From Candidatus Udaeobacter sp. (GTDB taxonomy: Bacteria; Patescibacteriota; Patescibacteriia; Magasanikbacterales; GWA2-37-8), in contig DATION010000004.1 of assembly GCA_035473115.1 (NCBI GenBank), forward strand, positions 33,126 to 97,125: 64,000 nt of DNA, written 5' to 3'. The notes under the pieces are model-generated. The model saw only the letters and a list, made by a program, of their open reading frames with translations, did no database searches and was not told where the DNA came from. Position numbers and translations under genes: made by a program. Below, piece after piece: positions 1-9,648 of the stretch (positions are counted from its first letter, which is position 1; each line of letters opens with the position of its first letter).

Positions 1-294
1 AAAATCTTTACTGCCGCCATGAATAGATCTATCCACATGGGTTTCAGCCGCAAAATTTATTACATGAGTGATGCCGTTCTCTTTGATAGTAGAATTTAGC
101 TTGTCCAAATCTATAATATCACCTTGAACAAAAGTATAATTTTTATTATTTTCCACATCCGCCAAATTAGCCAGATTACCGGCGTAAGTTAATTTATCAA
201 AATTAACAATTTTATATTCCGGATATTTTTCCAGCATGTGGCGGATAAAATTTGATCCAATAAATCCCGCTCCTCCGCAAACTAATAATTTCAT
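1..294 (-). CDS. rfbB: dTDP-glucose 4,6-dehydratase, 5' part (runs off window start)
   Basis: Manual translation from ATG at 294: MKLLVCGGAGFIGSNFIRHMLEKYPEYKIVNFDKLTYAGN...INFAAETHVDRSI, hallmark RmlB motifs. Confidence 0.92.
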   Translation of the reverse strand, partial: MKLLVCGGAGFIGSNFIRHMLEKYPEYKIVNFDKLTYAGNLANLADVENNKNYTFVQGDIIDLDKLNSTIKENGITHVINFAAETHVDRSIHGGSKDF

Positions 295-297
295 ACT

Positions 298-1404
298 TTA
301 CTTATAATTACTATATTTACTTATATTTACCACTATGCCGAAAGCTCCTAAACCAATTATCATTGCCGAGCCTCCATGGCTTATAAACGGCAGCGGCACA
401 CCTGTAAGCGGCAACAGTCCGATAGTAGTGCTAATGTTGAGAAATGATTGCCAAACAAACCATATCATAATTCCAGCCACGAGTAAATAACCGAATTGAT
501 CCGGCGCTCCTTTGGCTATTTTAAACCCGCGCAGCCCTAAAAATACGATCACCATAATTAATAAAAAAGAGACAACTAAACCGGTTTCTTCGGCAATTAC
601 AGCAAAAATTGAGTCGGCTTGCACTTCGGGCAAATACTGAAATTTCTGCCTAGAATGACCAACTCCCAAACCAAAAATCCCGCCCGAACCAACCGCTAAA
701 AAAGATTGATTGATCTGATAACCGATTCCTTTTGGATCTAACTCTGGGTGCAAAAAAGTTGTAATTCTTTGCACGCGATGAGGAGCAAACAGCAATAATC
801 CGGCAAAACCGACTATCCCCGCCAATCCGATTATCGCCAAATAAATTTTTGGGGTCTCAGCCAAATAAAGCATCGTAAAAATAATAACTACCAGGATAGA
901 TAAAGTCCCCAGATCTGGCTGCAGAGCAATTAACAAAACAGCCGGCGCCAACATGGCAAAAATAGGCACCAGGTTGACTTTCCAATCATTTAAATCTTTA
1001 TTTTCGGAAATAAGTTTAGCTAAAAATATAATTACCGCTAATTTAGCAAATTCGGCAGGCTGAAAACTTAAGCCAAACAACTGCGCCCAACTGCGCGAAC
1101 CGTTTAGGTACAATCCAACCCCTGGTATAAAAATCAAGCCAAGGAGACCTAAAGATAATAAGAAAATTAAACCGCTGAATTTTTGCAAAAGATGATAATC
1201 TAAACGCGCCAAAACTAAAAATAAGATTAAACCCGGCAGCAAACCAAACAGTATCTGCTTCTTGATAAAATAAAAAGTATCGCCAAATTTGGAATAACCT
1301 ACCGGTGAACTGGCCGAAGCCAGCATTATCAAGCCAAAAATTATTAAAATTCCAAAAATCAATAAAAATAATCTATCCGCCGGTTTTACAGATTCTCCTC
1401 TCAT
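298..1404 (-). CDS. ftsW: SEDS family peptidoglycan glycosyltransferase FtsW
   Basis: Multi-TM; SFQPAEFAK, LQPDLG, GYQINQS, YLPEVQADSIF, TGVPLPFISHGGS motifs. Confidence 0.9.
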   Translation of the reverse strand: MRGESVKPADRLFLLIFGILIIFGLIMLASASSPVGYSKFGDTFYFIKKQILFGLLPGLILFLVLARLDYHLLQKFSGLIFLLSLGLLGLIFIPGVGLYLNGSRSWAQLFGLSFQPAEFAKLAVIIFLAKLISENKDLNDWKVNLVPIFAMLAPAVLLIALQPDLGTLSILVVIIFTMLYLAETPKIYLAIIGLAGIVGFAGLLLFAPHRVQRITTFLHPELDPKGIGYQINQSFLAVGSGGIFGLGVGHSRQKFQYLPEVQADSIFAVIAEETGLVVSFLLIMVIVFLGLRGFKIAKGAPDQFGYLLVAGIMIWFVWQSFLNISTTIGLLPLTGVPLPFISHGGSAMIIGLGAFGIVVNISKYSNYK

Positions 1405-1460
1405 AAGTTAAAAATATTTTGCAAAAACATAATCAAGCTGGAAAATAATTTAATTAAAAA

Positions 1461-1814
1461 TTAAATATTTAGCCTGATAAGCAAAACGAGTCCGATTGTT
1501 AAAAATAGATGAAATAATAAAGCCCAAAAGCAGATGAGTCTGGCCAAGAATTTATCAACTGAATAGAAGAAAGATGAAACGAGATAATTTAATAAGATTG
1601 TTCCTATTCCGACCAGAGGCACCAAATAGATTTTCCACCACTCACCCACCAAGTCCGTGCCAAAAATTATATTATAATGCAAAAATATCTGCCCGGCTGA
1701 GGAATGAATATTAGAAAATAGATACCACCACAAAAAAATTTGTCCGAAAAACATGATAACTAGTGGGGCCAAAATCCACCGATCGCGAAAATACAGCTTG
1801 GGAGAATAAAACAT
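1461..1814 (-). CDS. Small hypothetical membrane protein (3 TM)
   Basis: 117 aa, three hydrophobic segments, LHYNIIFGTD loop. Confidence 0.6.
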   Translation of the reverse strand: MFYSPKLYFRDRWILAPLVIMFFGQIFLWWYLFSNIHSSAGQIFLHYNIIFGTDLVGEWWKIYLVPLVGIGTILLNYLVSSFFYSVDKFLARLICFWALLFHLFLTIGLVLLIRLNI

Positions 1815-1890
1815 ACTGAGAAGGAAATAATCGCTAATAAGCCTTTATTTAGGCTTAAAACTGGCTTAATTTTAACAAATTTAGCTAATA

Positions 1891-1919
1891 TTGACAAGTT
1901 TTTGGCTTTATACTATAAT
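1891..1919 (+). promoter_or_regulatory. Consensus sigma70 promoter of rpmA
   Basis: TTGACA (1891-1896), 17 bp spacer, TATAAT (1914-1919). Confidence 0.85.
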
Positions 1920-1960
1920 AATCACACTATTTTGCCTTACTTGATAACTCTTAATATAAT

Positions 1961-2236
1961 ATGTCACATAAAAAAGCAGGTGGCTCTACCCGGTTGGGCC
2001 GAGATTCTAACGCCCAGCGTCTTGGAGTAAAGCTCCATGACGGCCAAGAAGTACGAACTGGAATGATAATTGTTCGTCAGCGCGGCACAAAGTTCCACTT
2101 AGGAAAAAACGTTAAACAAGGCGCTGATGATACCATCTTTGCCATGACTAATGGAAAAGTAAAATTTACCCAGCATAAACGCCGCCGATTTGATGGCAGC
2201 ATGAAAACAGCCAAATTCGTTCATGTTGAAGCCTAA
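1961..2236 (+). CDS. rpmA: 50S ribosomal protein L27
   Basis: [24 protein letters not shown]...[11 protein letters not shown]. Confidence 0.97.
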   Translation: MSHKKAGGSTRLGRDSNAQRLGVKLHDGQEVRTGMIIVRQRGTKFHLGKNVKQGADDTIFAMTNGKVKFTQHKRRRFDGSMKTAKFVHVEA

Positions 2237-2251
2237 AAAATAAACCTTCAA

Positions 2252-2280
2252 AAAAGCCTCCGCAATTTGCGGAGGCTTTT
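2252..2280. terminator. Bidirectional intrinsic terminator between rpmA and the convergent glycan locus
   Basis: AAAAGCCTCCGCAA-T-TTGCGGAGGCTTTT perfect hairpin with A/T tails on both sides. Confidence 0.85.
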
Positions 2281-2291
2281 AAGTTAAAATT

Positions 2292-3197
2292 TTATAAACC
2301 GGCTGCCTTTTTTAAGGATAAAACACCTTCAGCCACATCAACGGTCGGTTTCCAGCCGAGGATAGATCTGGCCAAACTTATATCGGCTTCAATAGACTTA
2401 ATTTCGCCAGAACGAACAGGCAGATTAACCGCTTCTCCTCCTACTAAAGCTGCTATTTCATTTACACTCGTCTGCTTCCCATAGCCAATATTTATCGGAC
2501 TGCCGTCACCAAGCTTGTTTTGGCTCCAAGCCAAAATATTTGCTTCCACCACGTCAGAAACATGGATGTAATCACGAGTACTTGTACCATCACCTACTAT
2601 CGTAAGTTTTTCTCCTTTTTTTCTTTGATCCAAAAAAACCGGTATCACCATAGGATATGATCCTTCGGAAAGCTTGCGCGGACCAAAAACATTAAAATAA
2701 CGAAGACAGACTGTTGGCAAACCATAAAGAGAAGAAAATAGTCTGCAATACTGTTCTCCGATTAATTTATGCAAACCATACGGGCTAAGCGGATTGGGCA
2801 AAGTTGATTCCTTTATAGGCAATAAAGTTTGGTTGCCATAAACTGCGCAAGAAGAAGAAAAAATTACTTTTTTTAAATTATTTTTTTTAGCAGCCAACAA
2901 TACATTTAATGTACCAGTGACATTTATCTCGTGCGTAGAAAGAGGGTCGTTAATAGAAACTGGCAGTCTGGGATCGGCAGCCAAATGAAAGACAGCTTCC
3001 GCGCCGGAAAAAATTGTTTCTATTTTTTTTAAATCTTTGATGTCTACTTGGTGAAATTCAGCTTTTTTGTTAATAAATTCTTTTTTACCAAGCATTAAAT
3101 TATCAACAATCACAACCTCATGACCAAGATCGATTAACCTGTCAACTAGGTGAGAGCCAATAAAGCCGGCCCCGCCGGTAACGATTAATTTAGACAT
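2292..3197 (-). CDS. NAD-dependent sugar epimerase/dehydratase (GalE/WbpP-like)
   Basis: TGGAGFIG, SSSCAVYG, YGLHK, LRYFNVFGP. Confidence 0.88.
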   Translation of the reverse strand: MSKLIVTGGAGFIGSHLVDRLIDLGHEVVIVDNLMLGKKEFINKKAEFHQVDIKDLKKIETIFSGAEAVFHLAADPRLPVSINDPLSTHEINVTGTLNVLLAAKKNNLKKVIFSSSCAVYGNQTLLPIKESTLPNPLSPYGLHKLIGEQYCRLFSSLYGLPTVCLRYFNVFGPRKLSEGSYPMVIPVFLDQRKKGEKLTIVGDGTSTRDYIHVSDVVEANILAWSQNKLGDGSPINIGYGKQTSVNEIAALVGGEAVNLPVRSGEIKSIEADISLARSILGWKPTVDVAEGVLSLKKAAGL

Positions 3198-3201
3198 AGA
3201 A

Positions 3202-4605
3202 TTAGACTTTGGCTTTTAAAAAGGCAGAACCTACAGCGATAATATCATAGCCTTTATTTTGCAATTTACTGTATTTATCCTGAATCATTCTGCGGCCGTC
3301 CATAATCAAATATGGCGGCGGGCAAACTGCCAGAATTTCTTCGTCTGCCAAACGAAACTGCGCCCAATCTGTCAAAATTAAACAGGCATGACTACCGGTT
3401 AAAGCAGTTTTTTCATTTTCAAAATATTTAATCTTTTCGTAGCGAGGGTCTTTATCTAACTGGAAAAAACTTTTAAACATTGTTATTGCCGCCGGATCAT
3501 AAATTCTAATTTCTTTAACGTTAGAATTAATCAGATGTTTAACTATATCTATAGCCGGTGAGTTTCTCACGTCATTTGTATTTTGTTTAAAAGCTACTCC
3601 TAAAATCGCAGCCACTTTTCCATCCCAAGAAAAACCAGCGTCCTTTTCAGCCCGGCTATAAAAATGATCGCGCTGAAACCTGTTTGATTCCAGAGAAAGT
3701 CTGACTTGGTGGGTGCTAGCACCGGCTTCTTCAAGCTGATGCGCCAAAGACGCGGCGTCTTTTATAAAGCAGCTGCCGCCAGCATAAACACTGTCATAAA
3801 GACCCCAAGTGCCAATGCGCGGCTCGGTATTAAGTATCTGTCTGACATTTTCAAAATTTATACTTGGAAAAAATTCGCAAAGCCTGCCAACCACATCGAA
3901 GGTAGTGGTTAACTTGTTAAATAGAATATAATTAGCCAATAACTTTCCGGCTGCCGCTTCATAAGAATTAGTTTCTATATATTTTATATTGGTCGAAGAA
4001 AACCTGGAATATACCTGACGCATGATTTTAAAATCTTTTTCTTTTTCCGCGCCAACCAGCACTCTGTCCGGCCTGATAGAACCTTCAATAGCTTTGCCTT
4101 CCACCAAAAATTCCGGATTGGAAACTACACCAAAATTTAAAACGCCATGCTCGTTCATGATCTTTTCTGCCATGCTTATCATATTTATCGGTACAGTGCT
4201 TTTATTGACAATAACAACATACTTGCTTTGCTGACCGCCATTTCTTTGCGCTAAATGTTCCGCCAATTTATTGGCCGCGTTATAATAATAAGACAAATCA
4301 GACTCCCCTTCCGCCCCCTCTTTTTCCGGAGTCGGCAGACACATAAATACCGCATCAATATCATCTAATGCTCGGGAAACAACCTTGTAATCATGGGTAA
4401 AAATTATTCTTTCTTTGTTATTTAATAATAATTTACAAAGACCATCTTCAAGCAAACAGGATTCGATCTCTTCTACATTATTTGAAGCCAACATTTTAAT
4501 TTTTCTTTCATCGACATCATATACTAAAACATCATGGCCGGAATCAGCCATTACCGCCGCGGAACAAGTACCTACATAGCCTGAACCTATATATAAAAGC
4601 TTCAT
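3202..4605 (-). CDS. ugd: UDP-glucose 6-dehydrogenase
   Basis: GSGYVG, NKSTVP, SNPEFL, catalytic GGSCF intact, AFKQNTNDVRNSP. Confidence 0.88.
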   Translation of the reverse strand: MKLLYIGSGYVGTCSAAVMADSGHDVLVYDVDERKIKMLASNNVEEIESCLLEDGLCKLLLNNKERIIFTHDYKVVSRALDDIDAVFMCLPTPEKEGAEGESDLSYYYNAANKLAEHLAQRNGGQQSKYVVIVNKSTVPINMISMAEKIMNEHGVLNFGVVSNPEFLVEGKAIEGSIRPDRVLVGAEKEKDFKIMRQVYSRFSSTNIKYIETNSYEAAAGKLLANYILFNKLTTTFDVVGRLCEFFPSINFENVRQILNTEPRIGTWGLYDSVYAGGSCFIKDAASLAHQLEEAGASTHQVRLSLESNRFQRDHFYSRAEKDAGFSWDGKVAAILGVAFKQNTNDVRNSPAIDIVKHLINSNVKEIRIYDPAAITMFKSFFQLDKDPRYEKIKYFENEKTALTGSHACLILTDWAQFRLADEEILAVCPPPYLIMDGRRMIQDKYSKLQNKGYDIIAVGSAFLKAKV

Positions 4606-4608
4606 AAA

Positions 4609-5463
4609 CTACATTTTAAAAATATTTATACTTAGCGCCAGATACATTCTTAACTTAATACCGAGCCAAATTACTGAATTTATAAAAAAATTATGTCGAA
4701 AATGTTTTTTATAATACAGCCACATGGATTCATAGAAATTTATCAATGATTTTACTCGGCGCTTACCGCTGCTTTGTCCGCCAAAATGGATAATTTTCGC
4801 TTCACTAACATACACCGTTTTCCAGCCTTTATCAAGCACTCTTTTGCAAAAATCCAAGTCTTCTCCGTACATAAAAAAAATCTCATCAAACCCGCCATTT
4901 TCCTGATAAACTTGCCTGCGAAACATCATAGCGGCTCCGGAGAGCGCCTCGGTCGGACCAGTAATTTCCGGGTCAGTTGCATACTGTTTATAACTGTTTA
5001 TAAATTTATTATTTTTAAAAATCTTAGTCAACCCAAACAGGTGAAAAAATGAATTAATCGGATTTGGTAGCATGCGGCGGCAAGCGTGCTGAAAAGTTAA
5101 GTCTTTATTTAATAATCTTGGGCCAACCATCATTGTGTCTGAGTTCTGATCCAAGTAGTTTACGAGTTTGTTTAAAGCACCATCTAAAACCACAACATCA
5201 GTATTTAAAAACATCAAATAATCACCCTTGGCTATTTTTAATCCTTGATTATTGGCTTTGCCAAAACCTAAATTATCTTTATTTTCTATTAACACTACTT
5301 GTGGAAAATCTTTTTTAATCATTGCTACACTACTATCAGCAGAGTTGTTGTCAGCCACAATCACTTCAAAATCTATTCCGGAAGTTTCTTTATAAACCGA
5401 AGCTAAAGCCTGTTTGGTCAGGTCGCATGTATTCCAATTAACAAAAATTATCGATAATTTCAT
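4609..5463 (-). CDS. GT2 glycosyltransferase (rhamnosyltransferase WbbL-like)
   Basis: DNNSAD, NLGFGKANN, FLNTD, FFMYGEDLDFC. Confidence 0.88.
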   Translation of the reverse strand: MKLSIIFVNWNTCDLTKQALASVYKETSGIDFEVIVADNNSADSSVAMIKKDFPQVVLIENKDNLGFGKANNQGLKIAKGDYLMFLNTDVVVLDGALNKLVNYLDQNSDTMMVGPRLLNKDLTFQHACRRMLPNPINSFFHLFGLTKIFKNNKFINSYKQYATDPEITGPTEALSGAAMMFRRQVYQENGGFDEIFFMYGEDLDFCKRVLDKGWKTVYVSEAKIIHFGGQSSGKRRVKSLINFYESMWLYYKKHFRHNFFINSVIWLGIKLRMYLALSINIFKM

Positions 5464-6425
5464 ATTTCAAATTTTATTTTACCAGTTTTTCTTTCATAAA
5501 CTCCAACTGGCCAGCCACACATCTTTGCCAAATCACCATACAAGATAATCAGTGGCAAAAAAATATAGCCGGTAATTATTTTTAAAAAAGATATATTTTT
5601 TGAAAAAACATGCCATCTGCGCCAAAATTTAACCAGATAGTCGAGCCATAAGCCTAATAAAATTACTCCAAACCACAGGCTTATACTACATGATAAAAAT
5701 AATAAAATTATGTTTAACAAATAAAAAGTATATCTTATTGTTTGACGTTTAAACCACAGCTTGCCATGACCATCGCTTCTGGTATAGCCAAACAATTGCT
5801 TAAAATATTTTTGTAAAGTCTTTCTTGGCTGCCAAAAAACCAACGGCTCTCGGATATATTCTGTTTTTATTCCTAATTTAAATATTTTCAGATCAAAAAT
5901 AACATCTTCGCACAAAGGAATCCATTCCGGATAACCGCCAGCTTTTTGCCAAACTTCTTTTTTAAAGGCAACCGAACGGCTGGAAGGCAGCCAATCTTTC
6001 TCAAATTCCGCCGGCGCAGGTGTGGTAGCCGCGGCTACCAGATATGGCAAAAAACTATCATCCGACTTAAACCAAGGACCAAAACCGGTAGCTGTAAAAA
6101 TACTTTTACCGGACAAAATCGGATCGGTAATTTTTCTAAACCAATTAATATCATAGGTACAACCCGCATCAGTAACAACAATTATCTCTCCTACGGCTTT
6201 GCCAATTGCAAAATTCCTGCCAGCCGAAATATTGCCGAGGTGTTGCCAAACTTTTAGCAAACTGTTTTGCTTGCTTTTTTCTAGCAAAGCTTCCCATGTA
6301 CCGTCTTTAGAACCGCCATCCACGATAACTATTTCTTCCGGTAAAACTGTCTGGGATAAAATACTATCCAACCAGTCGGAAAGATTATTTTTTTCATTTA
6401 ATACGGTTGTGATTAAAGAAATCAT
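5460..6425 (-). CDS. GT2 glycosyltransferase with C-terminal membrane segments
   Basis: Start reassigned to MISLITT (6425); VDGGSKDG, TDAG, CEDV. Confidence 0.85.
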   Translation of the reverse strand: MISLITTVLNEKNNLSDWLDSILSQTVLPEEIVIVDGGSKDGTWEALLEKSKQNSLLKVWQHLGNISAGRNFAIGKAVGEIIVVTDAGCTYDINWFRKITDPILSGKSIFTATGFGPWFKSDDSFLPYLVAAATTPAPAEFEKDWLPSSRSVAFKKEVWQKAGGYPEWIPLCEDVIFDLKIFKLGIKTEYIREPLVFWQPRKTLQKYFKQLFGYTRSDGHGKLWFKRQTIRYTFYLLNIILLFLSCSISLWFGVILLGLWLDYLVKFWRRWHVFSKNISFLKIITGYIFLPLIILYGDLAKMCGWPVGVYERKTGKIKFEI

Positions 6426-6442
6426 GAAAAATAAAATTATCT

Positions 6443-6925
6443 CTAACCATGGACTATTTCCCAAGAATAGGGAATTTTTTTAGACAAAGGATCAAGACGG
6501 GTAATTTCATTTTTATCGTGCGGCAAAGTGGCGCAATTAGCAACAATCACCGGCTCTGCGCTTATACATTTAAAGCCATTCCAGACCATTGGCGGCACTT
6601 TTACCAAAAGCCTATTATCTTCGCCGATAAATATTTCCATCAGATTACCTTTTGTCGAGCTTTCTTTGCGATCATCGTATAGAACTAACTTTGCCATTCC
6701 AACCACCACGCTGTACATTAAAGTCATTTCTTTATGCAAATGCCAAGCTTTAACTACGCCAGGATTAGCTTTAGAAAAATATATCTCTCCAAATTTTTCA
6801 AAAATGGGGTCATCATTGCGCAACATATGATAAATAGCTCCGCGCTCATCGGGAATAACCGAAATATTTTTTACTTCAACCCCTTGAATTGGACCGCCTT
6901 TAATGCCAAAAATTGTGTCTGCCAT
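6443..6925 (-). CDS. NDP-4-keto-sugar 3,5-epimerase (RmlC-like cupin)
   Basis: DERG, VKAWHLH, VPPMVWNGFK. Confidence 0.82.
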   Translation of the reverse strand: MADTIFGIKGGPIQGVEVKNISVIPDERGAIYHMLRNDDPIFEKFGEIYFSKANPGVVKAWHLHKEMTLMYSVVVGMAKLVLYDDRKESSTKGNLMEIFIGEDNRLLVKVPPMVWNGFKCISAEPVIVANCATLPHDKNEITRLDPLSKKIPYSWEIVHG

Positions 6926-6928
6926 ACT

Positions 6929-7864
6929 TTATAACTTGCTAATATAAAAATCTAATGTTTTTCGTAATCCCTCTTCTATGTCCGTTTTTGCAACCCAGCC
7001 AAGATCTTTTTTTGCCTTCTTAACAGCGCAAGAAACATAAAAAACTTCATTGGTTGAATAGGGTTTATCATAGCTTACCAGGTCATAAATTGCAAGCTGA
7101 TTTTCTAAAATTTTAACGATATTTTTAATAGATACGGCCTTTTTTTGGCCAATATTGAAAACCTCGCAGCCCGGCTTAACTGAGAGACAGCGCTCGATCG
7201 CCAACATAAAAGCAGCGGCCACATCGCTAACATAAGTAAAATTCCATTGCTGCTCGGATGGTGTTAATTGTATTTTTTGTTTTTTTAATAAATTATTTAT
7301 TAGATAAGAAAAAAGTTTTTCATTATCTTTTGGACCATAGGTTGAAAAAAGTCTGAGGTGTATGCAGCTGAAACCAAACCACTGTGCGTAATCTTTCAGC
7401 ATGTCGTGTAGAATTAATTTTGTACGAGCGTATAAATTATACGGTTTAAGCGCCGACTTCTCCGACAATTCTTTATTACCGCTTAAGTCGTATTCAAAAA
7501 AACTGCCGGCAGTAACAATTGAACGAACATTATGCTGGCGCATCGTCTCTAAAAGCATGTTCGGAAAGACAACGTTTGCTTCCATTAACTCCTCTGCCTC
7601 AGTAACCGAACTATGCTGTTTTAAATACTTGGCCGCCAAATGAACAACGCAATCAATTTTTTGCTCTAAAAATATTTTTTCAATATCTTCTTTTTTGTCT
7701 CCGTATGTTTTTAAATGTGAATCAGAAAGCAAATGTTTAATACGCCAAAGATCTGATTGCGGACGAATTACGGCGCAGACATTATAACCCGACTTTAAAG
7801 CCTGCCCCAAAACATGCGAACCGATAAATCCGCTCGCTCCGGTAAGTAAAATGGTTTTTCCCAT
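6929..7864 (-). CDS. NAD-dependent epimerase/4-reductase (CDP-paratose/abequose synthase-like)
   Basis: TGASGFIG, GSFFEY, YARTK, LRLFSTYGP. Confidence 0.75.
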   Translation of the reverse strand: MGKTILLTGASGFIGSHVLGQALKSGYNVCAVIRPQSDLWRIKHLLSDSHLKTYGDKKEDIEKIFLEQKIDCVVHLAAKYLKQHSSVTEAEELMEANVVFPNMLLETMRQHNVRSIVTAGSFFEYDLSGNKELSEKSALKPYNLYARTKLILHDMLKDYAQWFGFSCIHLRLFSTYGPKDNEKLFSYLINNLLKKQKIQLTPSEQQWNFTYVSDVAAAFMLAIERCLSVKPGCEVFNIGQKKAVSIKNIVKILENQLAIYDLVSYDKPYSTNEVFYVSCAVKKAKKDLGWVAKTDIEEGLRKTLDFYISKL

Positions 7865-7866
7865 AT

Positions 7867-8748
7867 TTATGGCAATATATTTTTTAATCTTTTAATCAAT
7901 AAACTCATCGGACCTAATAATTTTACTTCAAAGATCATAACATATTTTTTCCAGCCCGAATAATGTTTATTGATAAACAAAACCAAACTATCCAAAGTGA
8001 TTTTTAATCGGCGTTTATCATATTTAGTTTTAAAGCTGCCCCCATAAACATGCATCACCGGGTCGGAATTTATAACCACGCATTTCCAATTATCTTTGCG
8101 CAAGCGCAAACAAAGATCCGTATCTTCAAAGTACATATAAAAATCCTCCGACATCAAACCGACTTTATCCAGCGCTTTCTTACGCAAAAGAATGGCCGCT
8201 CCGGTAACATAATCCAATTCAATACCTCCATCTGGTATAGCTTGAGGAAAAAGACCTATCAATTTAAGTTTGCGCCGAACAGCGGCCGGAAGCAATTTAG
8301 TAATCGGCAATAAGTAAAGAAATACATTTAAAGGTGTAGGAAAAAAGCCTCCGACCGATTGCCAAGACCTGTCCGGGTAAACCAATTGTGGACCGACAGC
8401 GCCAACTTCGGGGTGCAGCTCTATAAATTGATACAATTGCTCCATACTGTGAGCACCGGTTTCGGTATCGCTGCTTAACAGCCAGACATATGGCTCGGTG
8501 GCAAATTCACGAATAGCTCGGTTATTTGAACCGGCATAACCCAGATCTTTCTCATTTACAACATATTCTGCCTGAGGGAAAGCTGCTCGCAGAGCTTCAA
8601 CTGTTCCATCATTGGAATTATTATCAATCACAATCACCTGTTTTGGCAGCGAAGCTGCCGCGTATAAGGCCGCCAAAGCTTTGAGAGCAAAATCTTTTGT
8701 TTTATAAGTGGTAATGATGGCCGAAACCGGCAAAATATTTTTTTCCAT
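7867..8748 (-). CDS. GT2 glycosyltransferase (tandem paralog 1)
   Basis: DNNSND, DYVTGAA, FYMYFEDTD; start MEKNILP. Confidence 0.87.
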   Translation of the reverse strand: MEKNILPVSAIITTYKTKDFALKALAALYAAASLPKQVIVIDNNSNDGTVEALRAAFPQAEYVVNEKDLGYAGSNNRAIREFATEPYVWLLSSDTETGAHSMEQLYQFIELHPEVGAVGPQLVYPDRSWQSVGGFFPTPLNVFLYLLPITKLLPAAVRRKLKLIGLFPQAIPDGGIELDYVTGAAILLRKKALDKVGLMSEDFYMYFEDTDLCLRLRKDNWKCVVINSDPVMHVYGGSFKTKYDKRRLKITLDSLVLFINKHYSGWKKYVMIFEVKLLGPMSLLIKRLKNILP

Positions 8749-8758
8749 ACTGGCACTA

Positions 8759-9640
8759 TTAAACAAATGATTTAAAACGCTTTAACAATAAACTTACTGG
8801 GCCAAGAATAATAATCTCCGCCAAAATCATTATCTTTTTAAAACCGGTGCAATTTTTTTCAACAAACAGCTTAAGACTGGTTAAAAAAATCTTTAAACGT
8901 TTTGGATCATATTTAGTCTTGAAGCTACCTCCATAAACATGCATCACCGGATCAGTATCAACCACTTTTATTTCCCATCCAGCTTGCTTTAAGCGTAAAC
9001 AAAGATCAGTTTCCTCAAAATACATAAAATAATCTTCACAAAGCAAACCGACTTTATCAAGCGCTTCTTTGCGCAAAAACATGGCCGCTCCCGTTACATA
9101 GTCAATTTCTCTGCTTTCTTTAGGCAGCAGTTGAGGAAAAATAACTATAGTTTTTAGTTTACGGCGCAAAAATTTAGGCAGAAAAATAACAAACGGGATT
9201 AGATACATAAAAACATTGGCAATTGACGGAAAATAACCGCCCACCGGCTGCAGCTCGCGGGTTGGATATACCAATTGAGGGCCAAGTGCGGCAACTTTTG
9301 GATTAGCAACCATAAAATCATACAGTTCTTCCAAACTCTTTTCACCGGTCTCTGTGTCGCTATTTAAAAGCCAAACATATGGCTGAGTAACAAATTGCCT
9401 GATTGCCTGATTGTTGGCTTTGGCAAAACCCAAATTTTCCTTATTGGCTATAATTTTAACTTGCGGAAATTCTTGTTTCACAATACTGGCAATATTATCT
9501 TCGGAGTTATTATCCACCAAAATAACCTCTTGCGGCTGAACGCTGGAAGAAAATAATGCCAAAAGAGCGCGGCGCGTTAGTACTTCCGTTTTGTAATTGA
9601 CTATAATTACCGCAACTGGGATAATTTTATTTTCCGGCAT
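8759..9640 (-). CDS. GT2 glycosyltransferase (tandem paralog 2)
   Basis: DNNSED, NLGFAKANN, DYVTGAA, YFMYFEETD. Confidence 0.87.
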   Translation of the reverse strand: MPENKIIPVAVIIVNYKTEVLTRRALLALFSSSVQPQEVILVDNNSEDNIASIVKQEFPQVKIIANKENLGFAKANNQAIRQFVTQPYVWLLNSDTETGEKSLEELYDFMVANPKVAALGPQLVYPTRELQPVGGYFPSIANVFMYLIPFVIFLPKFLRRKLKTIVIFPQLLPKESREIDYVTGAAMFLRKEALDKVGLLCEDYFMYFEETDLCLRLKQAGWEIKVVDTDPVMHVYGGSFKTKYDPKRLKIFLTSLKLFVEKNCTGFKKIMILAEIIILGPVSLLLKRFKSFV

Positions 9641-9648
9641 AATCAAAA

